Made by a program: the position numbers and the translations under genes
Notes under the pieces: generated by a model
Told to the model about the DNA's origin: nothing
What the model saw: the letters and a program-made list of their open reading frames with translations, nothing else
Database searches by the model: none
Shown here: in pieces, positions 18,580 through 28,085 of the stretch
Layout of the letters: each line of letters begins with the position of its first letter
How positions within the stretch are numbered: position 1 is the stretch's first letter
Origin: a virus
DNA: 64,000 nt
Reading direction: 5' to 3' (one strand)
Virus record (IMG/VR): IMGVR_UViG_3300031576_000022
Coordinates: 1 to 64,000 of that record

Positions 18580-20364
18580 ATGTTGTATACATCAAGATTA
18601 GATCATGAAGTTCCAACCAAGGGAATTGTTGATCGTCAGGTTGGTGATCCATTTAAGAAATGGATTGATGGAGAGATTTTAACAGAAAATACATTTGATG
18701 AATTTCATAATTATCTTTTTGGTACAAAAGTTTTTGAGAATACTGATCCATTAATTAAGGAAAGAGGGTTTCGTATTCTTGATAAGATGATTGATACTGA
18801 TCCTAGTATTAAAAATGCATATTGGAGTCGTATTTTTACAATTCTGTCTGGTGGATATTCGATAAATCCAATGGAAGAAGGGTGTGAAAGAAGCGAGGAA
18901 ATTGCTAATTTTGTAAAATGGAACTTTATGTTTTTTTGTAAAGTATCTGTTGCTTCTTTTCTTCGTAAGTTACTTGATAGTCAAAGACAGGGATTTAAAC
19001 TTGCTGAAATTATTTGGAAAGTTATTGAAGATGAAGGACCATATAAGGGTAAGATTGGTATTTATGATTTGATTGTTCGTGATTCTAGAAATTATTCATT
19101 TTTGACTGACGAAAAGGGTCGAATGGATCCGATGGGTGTTATTGAAGGGATTTCTTCAACTGGATTTTGGACGACGGATGGTGAGCCAAGACAATTACCA
19201 ACAAATAAATTTGTTATTTATTCATATTTAGCTCTTGATGATGATGCTGCATCAATCTATGGAAACAGTGATTTCCGCGCACTTTGGCGAGCGTTTTATG
19301 GTGACCTAACTGCACATAGACTTGAATTGCGTTCTGCTGAAACATTTGCTCGTCCACCATTAGTTGGATCTGTTTCTCATGGAGAATACACAAAACCTGA
19401 GCAAGACAAGATTCTGAAAGATTTAATTGGAGCTTATAATAGGGTTTATACACAAATTCCAGAAGGTGTAAAGGTTGAAGAGATTGGAGTTAAGCGTTCA
19501 GATACACGAGCATTTCAGTCTTTGCGTGAGAGGCACCATTCTCAGATTAAAAACGGTATGCTTATGGGTACGCAGGGTGGTAGTGGAGATTCTGATAGAG
19601 AAAGTGTTAAAATTCAAACTCAGATGCTTGTTACTAATCTTGATGCAATTTCAAGCGATATTTCTGATGTTGTAATGGAACGTCAAGTCATTCGTAAATT
19701 AGTTGATGTTAATTATCAGACTCAAAAGTATCCAAGTTTTATGGTTCCAAAGCTCGCAATTGACAGAAAGAATCGCGCCGACTTTATTTCAATATTAATA
19801 GAACGTGGAGTTATCGCGCCAGATGAACCATGGATTCGCACCTTTGTTGATGTGCCAAAACAGGATATGGCAACAAGAAATCGTCAAATATCAAAAAAGA
19901 ATAGTGATAAGGAGGTTGCTAATGCAGCCACAAGTGCAATTGTTTCTAGTGGTAAATTAGATAATAAATCGAATACTGGATTTAGTTTAATCAATAAATC
20001 TACCGAACTTTCCATGAGTGGTAATTCATTAATTCTTGAGGCGTTTTCACACAAAGATGTTCGCGAATTTAATGGAGATAAAAATCAAATAAATGTAGAT
20101 AAGATCCTTGATTTCATGGTTGTTATTAAAGAAAAAGATAATGGTCAAATTAGTATTGATTCAATCGTAAAAGATGGGGTTCAAGTATCTGATTTTGAGA
20201 AGCAATTAGAAAAAATCGTTGATGAAAACCCTCAGAATAAATTTTTCATTGCTAAGGTTTTCGGAGAAAGAAAGAATATTGATGGTGATGGTGTTGTAAA
20301 ATTGATGAGAGTTATTAGAGTAATTTCACCGGAGCCTCGTGACAGGGTGGTCGTTGTAGAATAG
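18580..20364 (+). CDS. portal protein (Mu gp29/DUF935-like) with C-terminal extension
   Basis: GFKLAEIIWK, KFVIY...YGNSDFRAL, AETFARP, IPEGVKVE, QVIRKLVDVNY; position after terL. Confidence 0.88.
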   Translation: MLYTSRLDHEVPTKGIVDRQVGDPFKKWIDGEILTENTFDEFHNYLFGTKVFENTDPLIKERGFRILDKMIDTDPSIKNAYWSRIFTILSGGYSINPMEEGCERSEEIANFVKWNFMFFCKVSVASFLRKLLDSQRQGFKLAEIIWKVIEDEGPYKGKIGIYDLIVRDSRNYSFLTDEKGRMDPMGVIEGISSTGFWTTDGEPRQLPTNKFVIYSYLALDDDAASIYGNSDFRALWRAFYGDLTAHRLELRSAETFARPPLVGSVSHGEYTKPEQDKILKDLIGAYNRVYTQIPEGVKVEEIGVKRSDTRAFQSLRERHHSQIKNGMLMGTQGGSGDSDRESVKIQTQMLVTNLDAISSDISDVVMERQVIRKLVDVNYQTQKYPSFMVPKLAIDRKNRADFISILIERGVIAPDEPWIRTFVDVPKQDMATRNRQISKKNSDKEVANAATSAIVSSGKLDNKSNTGFSLINKSTELSMSGNSLILEAFSHKDVREFNGDKNQINVDKILDFMVVIKEKDNGQISIDSIVKDGVQVSDFEKQLEKIVDENPQNKFFIAKVFGERKNIDGDGVVKLMRVIRVISPEPRDRVVVVE

Positions 20365-20423
20365 ATCGCAGGTAATCGGTTTGGTAGTGTCCTGATTTGA
20401 GTTTCTGTTTGGCCCGCTATTTG

Positions 20424-21536
20424 CTACTCGTCTGTTTCGGTCGGCTCCGTCTCTTCGATATTGAATTCAACGCGGCTTTGTATGATAATTTCGTCAATAA
20501 CAGTATCCATTTGGTTGAGTTTGCATATATCGTCAAAGATTTCAATTAGCTTAGGAACATTTATTATTTCTTCAATTGAAGACATAAATTTATCGACGAT
20601 TATATCGATATGATATTTTGATATCGCTTCTGTGCGAATCTTATTGCGTATCAGTTCTTCGGTATCTTCACTCTTTATAACAAATGTCAACGGGAATCGA
20701 TTCACCTTATCAATATCTAAAAAGTATTTTTCAGCACTCACGGTTTCTGTGACCTGGAAAAATCTTCCTAGTGGTCGCATAACAAAATCAATGCCACCAT
20801 CGTTCGCGTTTGTTTTTCCAGTCTTATACAATACAAGGCACTCTTGCACAAGATCATCTGATGTATAACCCCAATATATTGTTGTGTTACTATAGTGCTC
20901 TTTCAATATCGTGTAACTAACAATTTCAAATATTCTGGCATCAACGTTTGGTTTGATTTGGTCACGAATAAATTGAACAGCATGTGTACTATTTGTTTTA
21001 CTAATCATTTTTACAGATTCACATAAATCAACAAAATTATTGAATGCTTCTTGTTTAGCAACAATATATCTATTAATTATCTCGATTACTGTGTCACCGA
21101 TGTTTATGTCTTTTTTGTAGCCATTAATTTCAATGCTAATTATTAGTAGTTTCTCATTGATCCAGTATCGTAATGTATCAACATCACGTAAAATTGGCCC
21201 TTCATCACTGGCTTTGAAATATTTTATGAATTCCTCGTTACACCGGCTATTAAGTGCATGATTTTGCAATTTTGAACCGAAAGGTAATTCGCGTTGTCGG
21301 CGAAAAATATCACTGAAACGAGCGCCTTGATATGATTGGTATTGCCCCTTTCGGTCAGAAGTAAATCCATTTCTTATATAATCTTCAACAAGCACATAAA
21401 CAGCGTAATGATTCGCGAACGAACCCCTTGATTTGGCACCACTACTGGCAGATTTTGTTTTTATGTTCAAATACTGTAAAAGTGAACTTCGCTCGAAAAT
21501 AGTCTCCGCATGCTGACCGAAATGCTTGTGAAGCAC
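20424..21536 (-). CDS. probable type II restriction endonuclease; start uncertain
   Basis: Follows the MTase; DARIFEIVSY, TGKTNANDGGIDFV...GRFFQVT (PD-(D/E)xK-like); no in-frame ATG near the 5' end. Confidence 0.7.
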   Translation of the reverse strand: MLHKHFGQHAETIFERSSLLQYLNIKTKSASSGAKSRGSFANHYAVYVLVEDYIRNGFTSDRKGQYQSYQGARFSDIFRRQRELPFGSKLQNHALNSRCNEEFIKYFKASDEGPILRDVDTLRYWINEKLLIISIEINGYKKDINIGDTVIEIINRYIVAKQEAFNNFVDLCESVKMISKTNSTHAVQFIRDQIKPNVDARIFEIVSYTILKEHYSNTTIYWGYTSDDLVQECLVLYKTGKTNANDGGIDFVMRPLGRFFQVTETVSAEKYFLDIDKVNRFPLTFVIKSEDTEELIRNKIRTEAISKYHIDIIVDKFMSSIEEIINVPKLIEIFDDICKLNQMDTVIDEIIIQSRVEFNIEETEPTETDE

Positions 21537-21567
21537 TTCAAAGATAACTGGAGTAAAATCGTGTGTC

Positions 21568-22506
21568 TTATGTCTTATCGGATGAATTCTCTATTGTATT
21601 GTCTGTAGATTTACCAAATAATCGTTGTAAGATATCGTCTTCCGACTCATTTGATGCTACAGAATGGTGATTTTTTCGTATATATGATTTATCAATAGGA
21701 TTTAATATTTCACCATTTAATTCCATTTGAATATCTAATCTACGAAGACCTATTTTGATGTACTCAAGCTCTTGCTCTATACCGATAAATTTGCGTCCAA
21801 GTCTTTTAGCTACAGCACCTGTTGTAAATGTACCGGCGAATGGATCGAGAATTAAGTCTCCAATATTACTACTAGCCAGTATGATTCTATCAAGAAGCGA
21901 TTCTGGTTTTTGCGACGGATGATTTTCATATTCTGGCATTCTATATCTAACACGCGGAAAATACCAGGTATTCCCTGGAACTTTTTTAGTATTATATGGA
22001 GTTGGAGTGGCTTTTCTATAATCAATTAAATTGCGAACTGCTCCAGTTCTTGCTTCTACCATAATATCTTGAGCATTGAATGTATAGTTTGTCTTGTCCA
22101 TTACTAATAAAAGGATCGGCTCGTATAATGATCCAAAATATTTTTTTGCTTGTACGCCAGAACTATCGTAATGCCACACTATTCTTGACAGAACGTCAAT
22201 ACGTTCTCGTACATAACAATCGATCAATGGCATTGCCTGCGTACTTGTCATCAGGTACATACTCGCAGTCGAAGCCATTTTTTTTATGCAAATATCAATC
22301 CAGCGGCAACACCATGAGAAATATTCCGTATCAGACTCCCATTTGTCGTCAAAATCACCGAATTTCTTTCCTATATTGTATGGAGGATCTGCAAATATTA
22401 GGTTGATAGAACCATCAATAACCGATTCGTCAAGAATTTCAAGACTATCTCCGTGTATTATTCGGCATCCATCTTTTTCATATATACTTTTCTTGAAATT
22501 ATTCAT
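21568..22506 (-). CDS. yhdJ: beta-class N6-adenine DNA methyltransferase, YhdJ-like
   Basis: IFADPPYNIGK, IVWHYDSSGVQAKK, KVPGN.W.FPRVRY.M.EYENHPSQKP, LDPFAGTFTTG closely follow E. coli YhdJ as I recall it. Confidence 0.9.
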   Translation of the reverse strand: MNNFKKSIYEKDGCRIIHGDSLEILDESVIDGSINLIFADPPYNIGKKFGDFDDKWESDTEYFSWCCRWIDICIKKMASTASMYLMTSTQAMPLIDCYVRERIDVLSRIVWHYDSSGVQAKKYFGSLYEPILLLVMDKTNYTFNAQDIMVEARTGAVRNLIDYRKATPTPYNTKKVPGNTWYFPRVRYRMPEYENHPSQKPESLLDRIILASSNIGDLILDPFAGTFTTGAVAKRLGRKFIGIEQELEYIKIGLRRLDIQMELNGEILNPIDKSYIRKNHHSVASNESEDDILQRLFGKSTDNTIENSSDKT

Positions 22507-22828
22507 GTTTGTTGTTCTTGGCGTCCGCTGCGATTGACGCACGCACCGCATCGCGAGCGGAGTTTATGGGAGGAAACCCGAGTACGACGACTGCTTCAAG
22601 AGTGCCGTCGTCCCGTTCGCGTTCCCAAGCATAGACGCGCAAAGAAGATGGGCCAATTTCAAAAATTTCGACGACGCCGTCCCACGCAACTTTTCCCTGC
22701 CACAATTCCTTGACATGAATAGGCTTAAGTAGGTTTTTGGCGGTGCTGCCTGCGGCTCTCTCGACCGCGACGAGCAGGCTATCGATTTCATCGATCTTGT
22801 CTGGCAGGCTAGCCACTGTTAGAGTCAC
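22499..22828 (-). CDS. conserved hypothetical IS passenger protein
   Basis: VKELWQGKVAWDGVVEIF...YAW...VL..PPI.S..DAVRASI; stop overlaps the MTase ATG. Confidence 0.65.
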   Translation of the reverse strand: MTLTVASLPDKIDEIDSLLVAVERAAGSTAKNLLKPIHVKELWQGKVAWDGVVEIFEIGPSSLRVYAWERERDDGTLEAVVVLGFPPINSARDAVRASIAADAKNNKHE

Positions 22829-23013
22829 GAATGAGGTTGATGAAGCCGATTTGCCATGGAAAATACGTGAGACGAAACACTAGCAAGCATCGGAAATCGG
22901 TACCATAAATATTTGCAATAGTTTGAGATAAAAAAGATAGCAACAATTGCGTATCGAAAAGTCGGCACAAAACCATTCCATGGATTATGGAGAAAAACAT
23001 GAGGCTAGTGAAG

Positions 23014-23124
23014 GCCCTGACGATTGCAGGTAGTGGACGGATTGTCAGGGCTGTAGAAACACGATGACCGTAGCTGATTCCCTGAGAAGGTCGGCTACGG
23101 CCATCGCCAGTCCACTCTACATGC
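23014..23124 (+). ncRNA. structured RNA (two hairpins plus possible pseudoknot) upstream of the tRNA-like element
   Basis: Stems 23014-24/23041-51 and 23062-79/23089-106; loop 23026-38 complementary to 23110-24. Confidence 0.55.
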
Positions 23125-23146
23125 CAATGAGGTAATCGACGTAATC

Positions 23147-23218
23147 GGGGAGCCAGGTGGCCCGGCGCGGTCGTTTAGAGGCTTAGCGCGAGGGGTTCGA
23201 TTCCCCTGCTCTCCACCA
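23147..23218 (+). tRNA. non-canonical 72-nt tRNA-like RNA (Ala identity elements, TTA at anticodon position)
   Basis: GGGGAGC/GCTCTCC-A-CCA with G3:U; T-arm AGGGG-TTCGATT-CCCCT; minimal D-arm; bulged stem closing loop GTTTAGA. Confidence 0.7.
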
Positions 23219-23520
23219 TTTACGTCAACAACCTCTGACGCACCCAATCTACCAAAACCATGCCTTTGGCACAAGCTTTGTCTTCGATTACCGCAAGCTC
23301 ATCCGGGGTGAGTCGGACTTGAAGACGTTTCGTTTTCCCTTCTCCGGTGGGGAGGCGTGGACGACCGCGTTTTGGCTTCACTTTTTTCTTCATCCTCGAA
23401 TTTTATGGCCTGAATTTTGTGTCGTCCATAAATGGCAGCGGATTTTTTGTCGTCTGAAAATTCTTTTTTGTCGTCCAGGAAAATCCTCGACACCTAGAAT
23501 TTCGGGAGTACAATATTTCC

Positions 23521-24345
23521 ATGGCCAACGTACTCCGGTTCGACGTTCAGGTTGCGGTGGTTACCGCGCTCATCGAAGGGAACAGTACCCGTTCCGTCGA
23601 GCGGATGACCCGTGTTCATCGTGACACGATCACGCGCCTGGGCGTGCGGGTCGGTGAGGCGTGCGCCGCGATGATGGATCGCGAGATGCGCGATCTCGAA
23701 TGCGAACGGATTCAGGTAGACGAAATTTGGGGATTCGTCGCGAAGAAGCAGAAGCACGTTCTTCCCACTGATGATATTTCGCTTGTTGGCGATCAGTGGA
23801 CCTGGGTTGCGATTGACGCCGATACGAAAATTGTTCCATCACATCTTGTCGGAAAACGCGATGGTGCTCATGCTCGTGCCTTTATTTGCGACCTTGCCTC
23901 GCGCCTGAAAAACCGCGTTCAAATTTCATCGGATGCGCTGGCGAGCTACGTTGAAGCAATCGAGGTTGGATTTGGTGGTGACGTCGATTACGGCCAACTA
24001 GTCAAAGTCTACGCAGCTACTACCGAAGGCCCGGCGCGCTATTCCCCACCAAAAATCATGCAGGCGACCAAAAACGTAATCGTCGGGCATCCGAGACACG
24101 AGCACATTTGTACCTCATACGTCGAGCGGCAGAATCTTACGATGCGAATGGCGATGCGTCGGTTGACTCGCCTTACGAATGCCTTCTCAAAGAAGGTCGA
24201 AAACCTTCGTGCAGCGGTCGCGCTTCATTTTGCGTACTACAACTATTGTCGTCGCCATCTCACGTTGAAGACGGCACCAGCTATCGCGGCCGGGCTGACC
24301 GATCGTCGGTGGACGGTTTCCGATCTTCTCGATCTTTCAAATTAG
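23521..24345 (+). CDS. IS1-family DDE transposase, single ORF
   Basis: N-terminal HTH (EGNSTRSVERMTRVHRDTI), QVDEIW, ISSDA, TSYVERQNLTMR..RRLTRLTNAFSKK; stop lies inside the right TIR. Confidence 0.93.
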   Translation: MANVLRFDVQVAVVTALIEGNSTRSVERMTRVHRDTITRLGVRVGEACAAMMDREMRDLECERIQVDEIWGFVAKKQKHVLPTDDISLVGDQWTWVAIDADTKIVPSHLVGKRDGAHARAFICDLASRLKNRVQISSDALASYVEAIEVGFGGDVDYGQLVKVYAATTEGPARYSPPKIMQATKNVIVGHPRHEHICTSYVERQNLTMRMAMRRLTRLTNAFSKKVENLRAAVALHFAYYNYCRRHLTLKTAPAIAAGLTDRRWTVSDLLDLSN

Positions 24346-24485
24346 GACACCACCATCGGTTTGGTTTCGTCATTTGCTGTGATAGATTGTGGTGAGCGGC
24401 AATCCTCATCATCGTCGTAATGCTGTTCAGGGTGGAGAGGCTAGGACCTTTCCCCTACCGGGCCTTCTAAGGTTTACGGACGACG

Positions 24486-26603
24486 ATGATCGCTTTGTTT
24501 ACTCTTTTACGTAGATCGCAGCATGCTGCTGCTGCCGCTGATGATAGCGCGCAGGTTGTTTTGTTTGATCTATACATTGCGCTGCCAACTGAGACACAGG
24601 CTCGTCATGTAACCATGACTGAGAGCCCGTTGGAGGCATCCAGGCTAGTCGGAGAGCTTGGGCAGCCTGTGAGCAAGGATAAGCTCACCATGGCCAGTAA
24701 ACAGCCTGAGATCGTACAGGCTGGCGCTGTGGGAGCGCGCGAACAAGGTCAATCTGTTTCTAGTGACAATACGAATACTCGTATCGAAATGATCGATACT
24801 GGTGAAGTCGAGATTGTTTCTGATGAAAATGATTCAAAAATCTTCAATTTTTCTGGAAAGAAATTAATTGGAAGAATGATGATGACTCGTGATCCAGGGA
24901 CGAGTCGTTTTAATATGACAATTGATAGTAATGGTGGTGATAATAGTATCATTAGTGATAATGGTAATGGTAATGGTAATAATAATAATATTATAGATGA
25001 TAAAAAACCAAAAGAAGATACAAAAAAAGATCCTGAACCTCTTTCTGTTGATGATTTTATTAGTCCTGAATTTGCTGAAGTTATTAATGAATTGATTAAT
25101 CAAAATATACATATATCTGATGACGTAAAAGAACGTCTTACAGCTATTAGCCATCGTCTTTCTGATAAAAAACTTACAAATCGTGATGTTATTTTTGTTC
25201 TTAAATTTATTTCTGGCGGTGAAACCGCTGCATTGAATTCTATTGAATCTACTACAGATACAATTTCTCTTTCTTTATGGGATACATCTGATAAAAAGAA
25301 TGAAATTATATATCTTGACCAAGAAACAGGCGATCAATACAGGCTTGTTCCTTCTGAAAAAAATGATGGAACTTTTACTATTCCTCGTTTTCAGTTTATT
25401 TCAGAAGGTATGTATAATGATGAATTGTTTGATAGTAAAAAGGTTGCTAAAATTATTTCTAATTTTGCTGAATTGTCAAAAACTAAGATTCTTGATGTAC
25501 CAGCAAAGATTGGACATCATAGGTCGCAGTCTTTACTTGGAAATACTGGTGAACTTGCCCATGGATGGGTTAACAATGTTTGGGGTGAAGAAACGGCAAA
25601 TGGAACAAAAGGTTTTCTTTCTCTTGAAGGTATTCCGCAAACCCTTGCATATTTGATTTCTAAAAAAGCATTGAAAAATCGTAGCGCTGAAATCTTTAAA
25701 AATGTCAATTACAATGGAAAGGATTATGGTCCTACCCTTAAGGCGATTTCGTTTCTTGGCGCGTCTACTCCTGCTGTTTTAGGAATGCAACCGGATGCGT
25801 CTGGCGCTGTTGTATTGAATTCGGCCGTGCAAATGTATACGCAGGAAGACGGATCAAAAGTAATCATCGTAAAACCTAACGGGGGTAAGACTGTGAGCGA
25901 TGCCAAGAAGACGATTGAAATTTCCGTTGATGATCTCAACAAACGTATTTCTGATGCAGTTCAGGATGCTATGGAGAGGGCTAAGAAGATTGCTGAAGTT
26001 GATTCTAAGAAGATGAGTGATCAAGTTGTTGAACTTTCTGCAAAACTTAAAAACGAGCAAGATTCTCGTCGTAAGGATTTAGTTAAGTCAAATAAAGCAA
26101 CAAATGAGTCTGAGTTTGATTCTCTTGTAAAGAATGGAAGTATTCTTCCTGTACAGAAGGATGATTTTATTTCTCTTTGCAAGATTATTGATGGTGTGAA
26201 TGATATGGCTATGGGTCGTGATCTTAGCGATATGCTTTCTACTGTCAAATGTGATAAAGATACTCTTGAGTTTTCTGTTGAAACAATGGAAGCTGACAAG
26301 AAGGTTGAGATTAAGGTTCCACTCAAGAATCTTTTTTTTCGGTTTGTTAAGGGGATCAAGCAGATTGATCTTTCTCGTCAGACGAATGATGGGAAAACCT
26401 CTACTAAAAATCCTGTCGATAAGAAGGTGCTTACAAAGAGCGATGAAATTGATGAACTTACCCGTAAGTTGATGAAGGATAGCAACCTTCAATATGCTGA
26501 AGCTTTTATCAAGGCATATGATCTCAAGTTTGTTGGTGATGCAGGAATTGATGCTGCAATTGATGGTGCTACCTCTGTTCCCTCTACTAGCGATTCGGAG
26601 TAA
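24486..26603 (+). CDS. prohead protease/scaffold (Mu gpI-like) with long N-terminal extension
   Basis: PAKIGHH...AHGWV...NRSAEI...GPTLKAISFLG..PAVLGM; coiled-coil C-terminus; upstream of capsid genes; start uncertain. Confidence 0.8.
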   Translation: MIALFTLLRRSQHAAAAADDSAQVVLFDLYIALPTETQARHVTMTESPLEASRLVGELGQPVSKDKLTMASKQPEIVQAGAVGAREQGQSVSSDNTNTRIEMIDTGEVEIVSDENDSKIFNFSGKKLIGRMMMTRDPGTSRFNMTIDSNGGDNSIISDNGNGNGNNNNIIDDKKPKEDTKKDPEPLSVDDFISPEFAEVINELINQNIHISDDVKERLTAISHRLSDKKLTNRDVIFVLKFISGGETAALNSIESTTDTISLSLWDTSDKKNEIIYLDQETGDQYRLVPSEKNDGTFTIPRFQFISEGMYNDELFDSKKVAKIISNFAELSKTKILDVPAKIGHHRSQSLLGNTGELAHGWVNNVWGEETANGTKGFLSLEGIPQTLAYLISKKALKNRSAEIFKNVNYNGKDYGPTLKAISFLGASTPAVLGMQPDASGAVVLNSAVQMYTQEDGSKVIIVKPNGGKTVSDAKKTIEISVDDLNKRISDAVQDAMERAKKIAEVDSKKMSDQVVELSAKLKNEQDSRRKDLVKSNKATNESEFDSLVKNGSILPVQKDDFISLCKIIDGVNDMAMGRDLSDMLSTVKCDKDTLEFSVETMEADKKVEIKVPLKNLFFRFVKGIKQIDLSRQTNDGKTSTKNPVDKKVLTKSDEIDELTRKLMKDSNLQYAEAFIKAYDLKFVGDAGIDAAIDGATSVPSTSDSE

Positions 26604-26678
26604 ACAACCGAAAACGCTAGCGTTCTCCCTACAGGGAAATCAAGGTAAAGATTAACAACAAAAACGAGGAACAGAGAA

Positions 26679-27062
26679 ATGACTACGACTTATGGAACGG
26701 CCCCTCGCAAAGCATTCGAAGCAATCTTTCAGTATGCATTCGTTAAGATTCTTGGCACTACTGATGTCGAGATTCTTGATGGTGCCGTTGCAACTGATTT
26801 TGCGTGGGGTGTTTGTCAAACGCTTGCAGCGATTGGAGATCCAGTAGAAGTTGAGACACGCCGCGGTATGATTGGTCGCGCTGTCGCTTCTGCTGCGTTT
26901 GCTGCTGGTGTTCGCCTGAAGGTTGGTTCTGGTGCAGATCATGGCAAGGTTTTGACGCAAACGGCTGGTACGTTTACTGTAGCTACTGCACTTGAAACTG
27001 CTACTGCGGCTGGTGCAATTGTTCGTGTTGTGTATGTGTTTGAGACGATCGCGCTTCCGTAA
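26679..27062 (+). CDS. capsid cement/decoration protein (DUF2190-like)
   Basis: A.AAFAAG.....G..GK......ATALETATAAGAIVRV; between scaffold and MCP. Confidence 0.8.
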   Translation: MTTTYGTAPRKAFEAIFQYAFVKILGTTDVEILDGAVATDFAWGVCQTLAAIGDPVEVETRRGMIGRAVASAAFAAGVRLKVGSGADHGKVLTQTAGTFTVATALETATAAGAIVRVVYVFETIALP

Positions 27063-27164
27063 TAATCGTGCTGTTGTAATAATCGGCCTACTAAAACGAT
27101 CAATCCGTGTGACAGCGGAATTTGTATCAAGAAAAAAACAGAAACATAAACAGAGGATACGTAA

Positions 27165-28085
27165 ATGCCAGTCGCACGGAGCGAAGTGCATGTCGATACC
27201 GCACTTGGTAATCTAGCTCGGGAATTTATGTTTCCAGGCTTGATTGCTGATGTTATTGCGCCGCGGGTTAAGGTTAAGAAGGATAGTGATATTTATTGGA
27301 CATTTGGACGCGAAGAAATTCGTATGAAATTGGATGGTGAGGGTGACCTTACTGCGCCTGGTTCTCCTGCGCCGGATTTTGATTGGAAGCCAAGCGGAAG
27401 GGAAACATATACGGCTTTTAAGCGTGCGTTTGTGGATAAGGTTCTTGATGAAACAATCCGCAATGCTGATAGTCCGATTGCTCCGGTTTCGCGTACAATT
27501 GAAAAGTTGACACGACATTTACTGCTGCATCGTGAACGTCGTGTTGCAAAGCTTTTCACTACTGGTGTTGCATCTACTTCAACGCCTGCCATTAAATGGG
27601 ATATTGCAACCGCAGATATTGAAGATGATGTTCGTGCTGCAAAAGAAAGCTTTAAGCTTTCTGCTGGTGGTTATCCGAATACAATTGTTATGTCTAGTTC
27701 TGTTGCTGGATTAGTTCGGTTGTATTTGAAGGCTGCTAGTGAGATCAGCTTCAAAGAGAAGGCAACTATCGATAAGATTCCTGATGAGCTTTGGGGTATG
27801 AAGGTTGTTGTGTCAGAGGCGATGATGAATACTGCTGGTGAGGGTATTGCGGAGGTTATTACAGATATTTGGCCGGATACCGTAACGCTTGCGTATATTA
27901 ATCCGTCGAAGAATCCAACGCTTCAGGACAGTACGTTTGTGTGGACGTTTACGCCTGTTCCATTTCGTGTACGTCGTTGGCGCGATGAGGTTATCGAGGC
28001 AACTATGTACGAAGTTGGCATGTATGTTGCTGAGAAAGTTGTTGCTCCGTTTGCTGCTCATACTATCACGGATGTTTTGACTTAA
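27165..28085 (+). CDS. major capsid protein
   Basis: HVDTALGNLA....GLIAD.IAP.V.V, LL.RERRVA, GGYPNTIVM; AGAGGA RBS. Confidence 0.88.
   Translation: MPVARSEVHVDTALGNLAREFMFPGLIADVIAPRVKVKKDSDIYWTFGREEIRMKLDGEGDLTAPGSPAPDFDWKPSGRETYTAFKRAFVDKVLDETIRNADSPIAPVSRTIEKLTRHLLLHRERRVAKLFTTGVASTSTPAIKWDIATADIEDDVRAAKESFKLSAGGYPNTIVMSSSVAGLVRLYLKAASEISFKEKATIDKIPDELWGMKVVVSEAMMNTAGEGIAEVITDIWPDTVTLAYINPSKNPTLQDSTFVWTFTPVPFRVRRWRDEVIEATMYEVGMYVAEKVVAPFAAHTITDVLT

Larger units (their letters stand above)
20383..24354 (+). mobile_element. IS1-family cargo-carrying insertion sequence, 3972 bp
   Basis: TIRs GGTAGTGTCCTGATTTGA (20383-20400) and TCAAATTAGGACACCACC (24337-24354), 16/18 match; 8-bp TSD ATCGGTTT at 20375-20382 and 24355-24362. 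Confidence 0.93.

Noticed and set aside
23014-23218. IS RNA as a second or permuted tmRNA
   Set aside because: Both acceptor strands lie within 72 nt in normal order, with no tag ORF between them
23299-23842. Short ORFs overlapping the transposase 5' region
   Set aside because: Shadow frames of GC-rich IS DNA with no motifs; the transposase is complete in one frame
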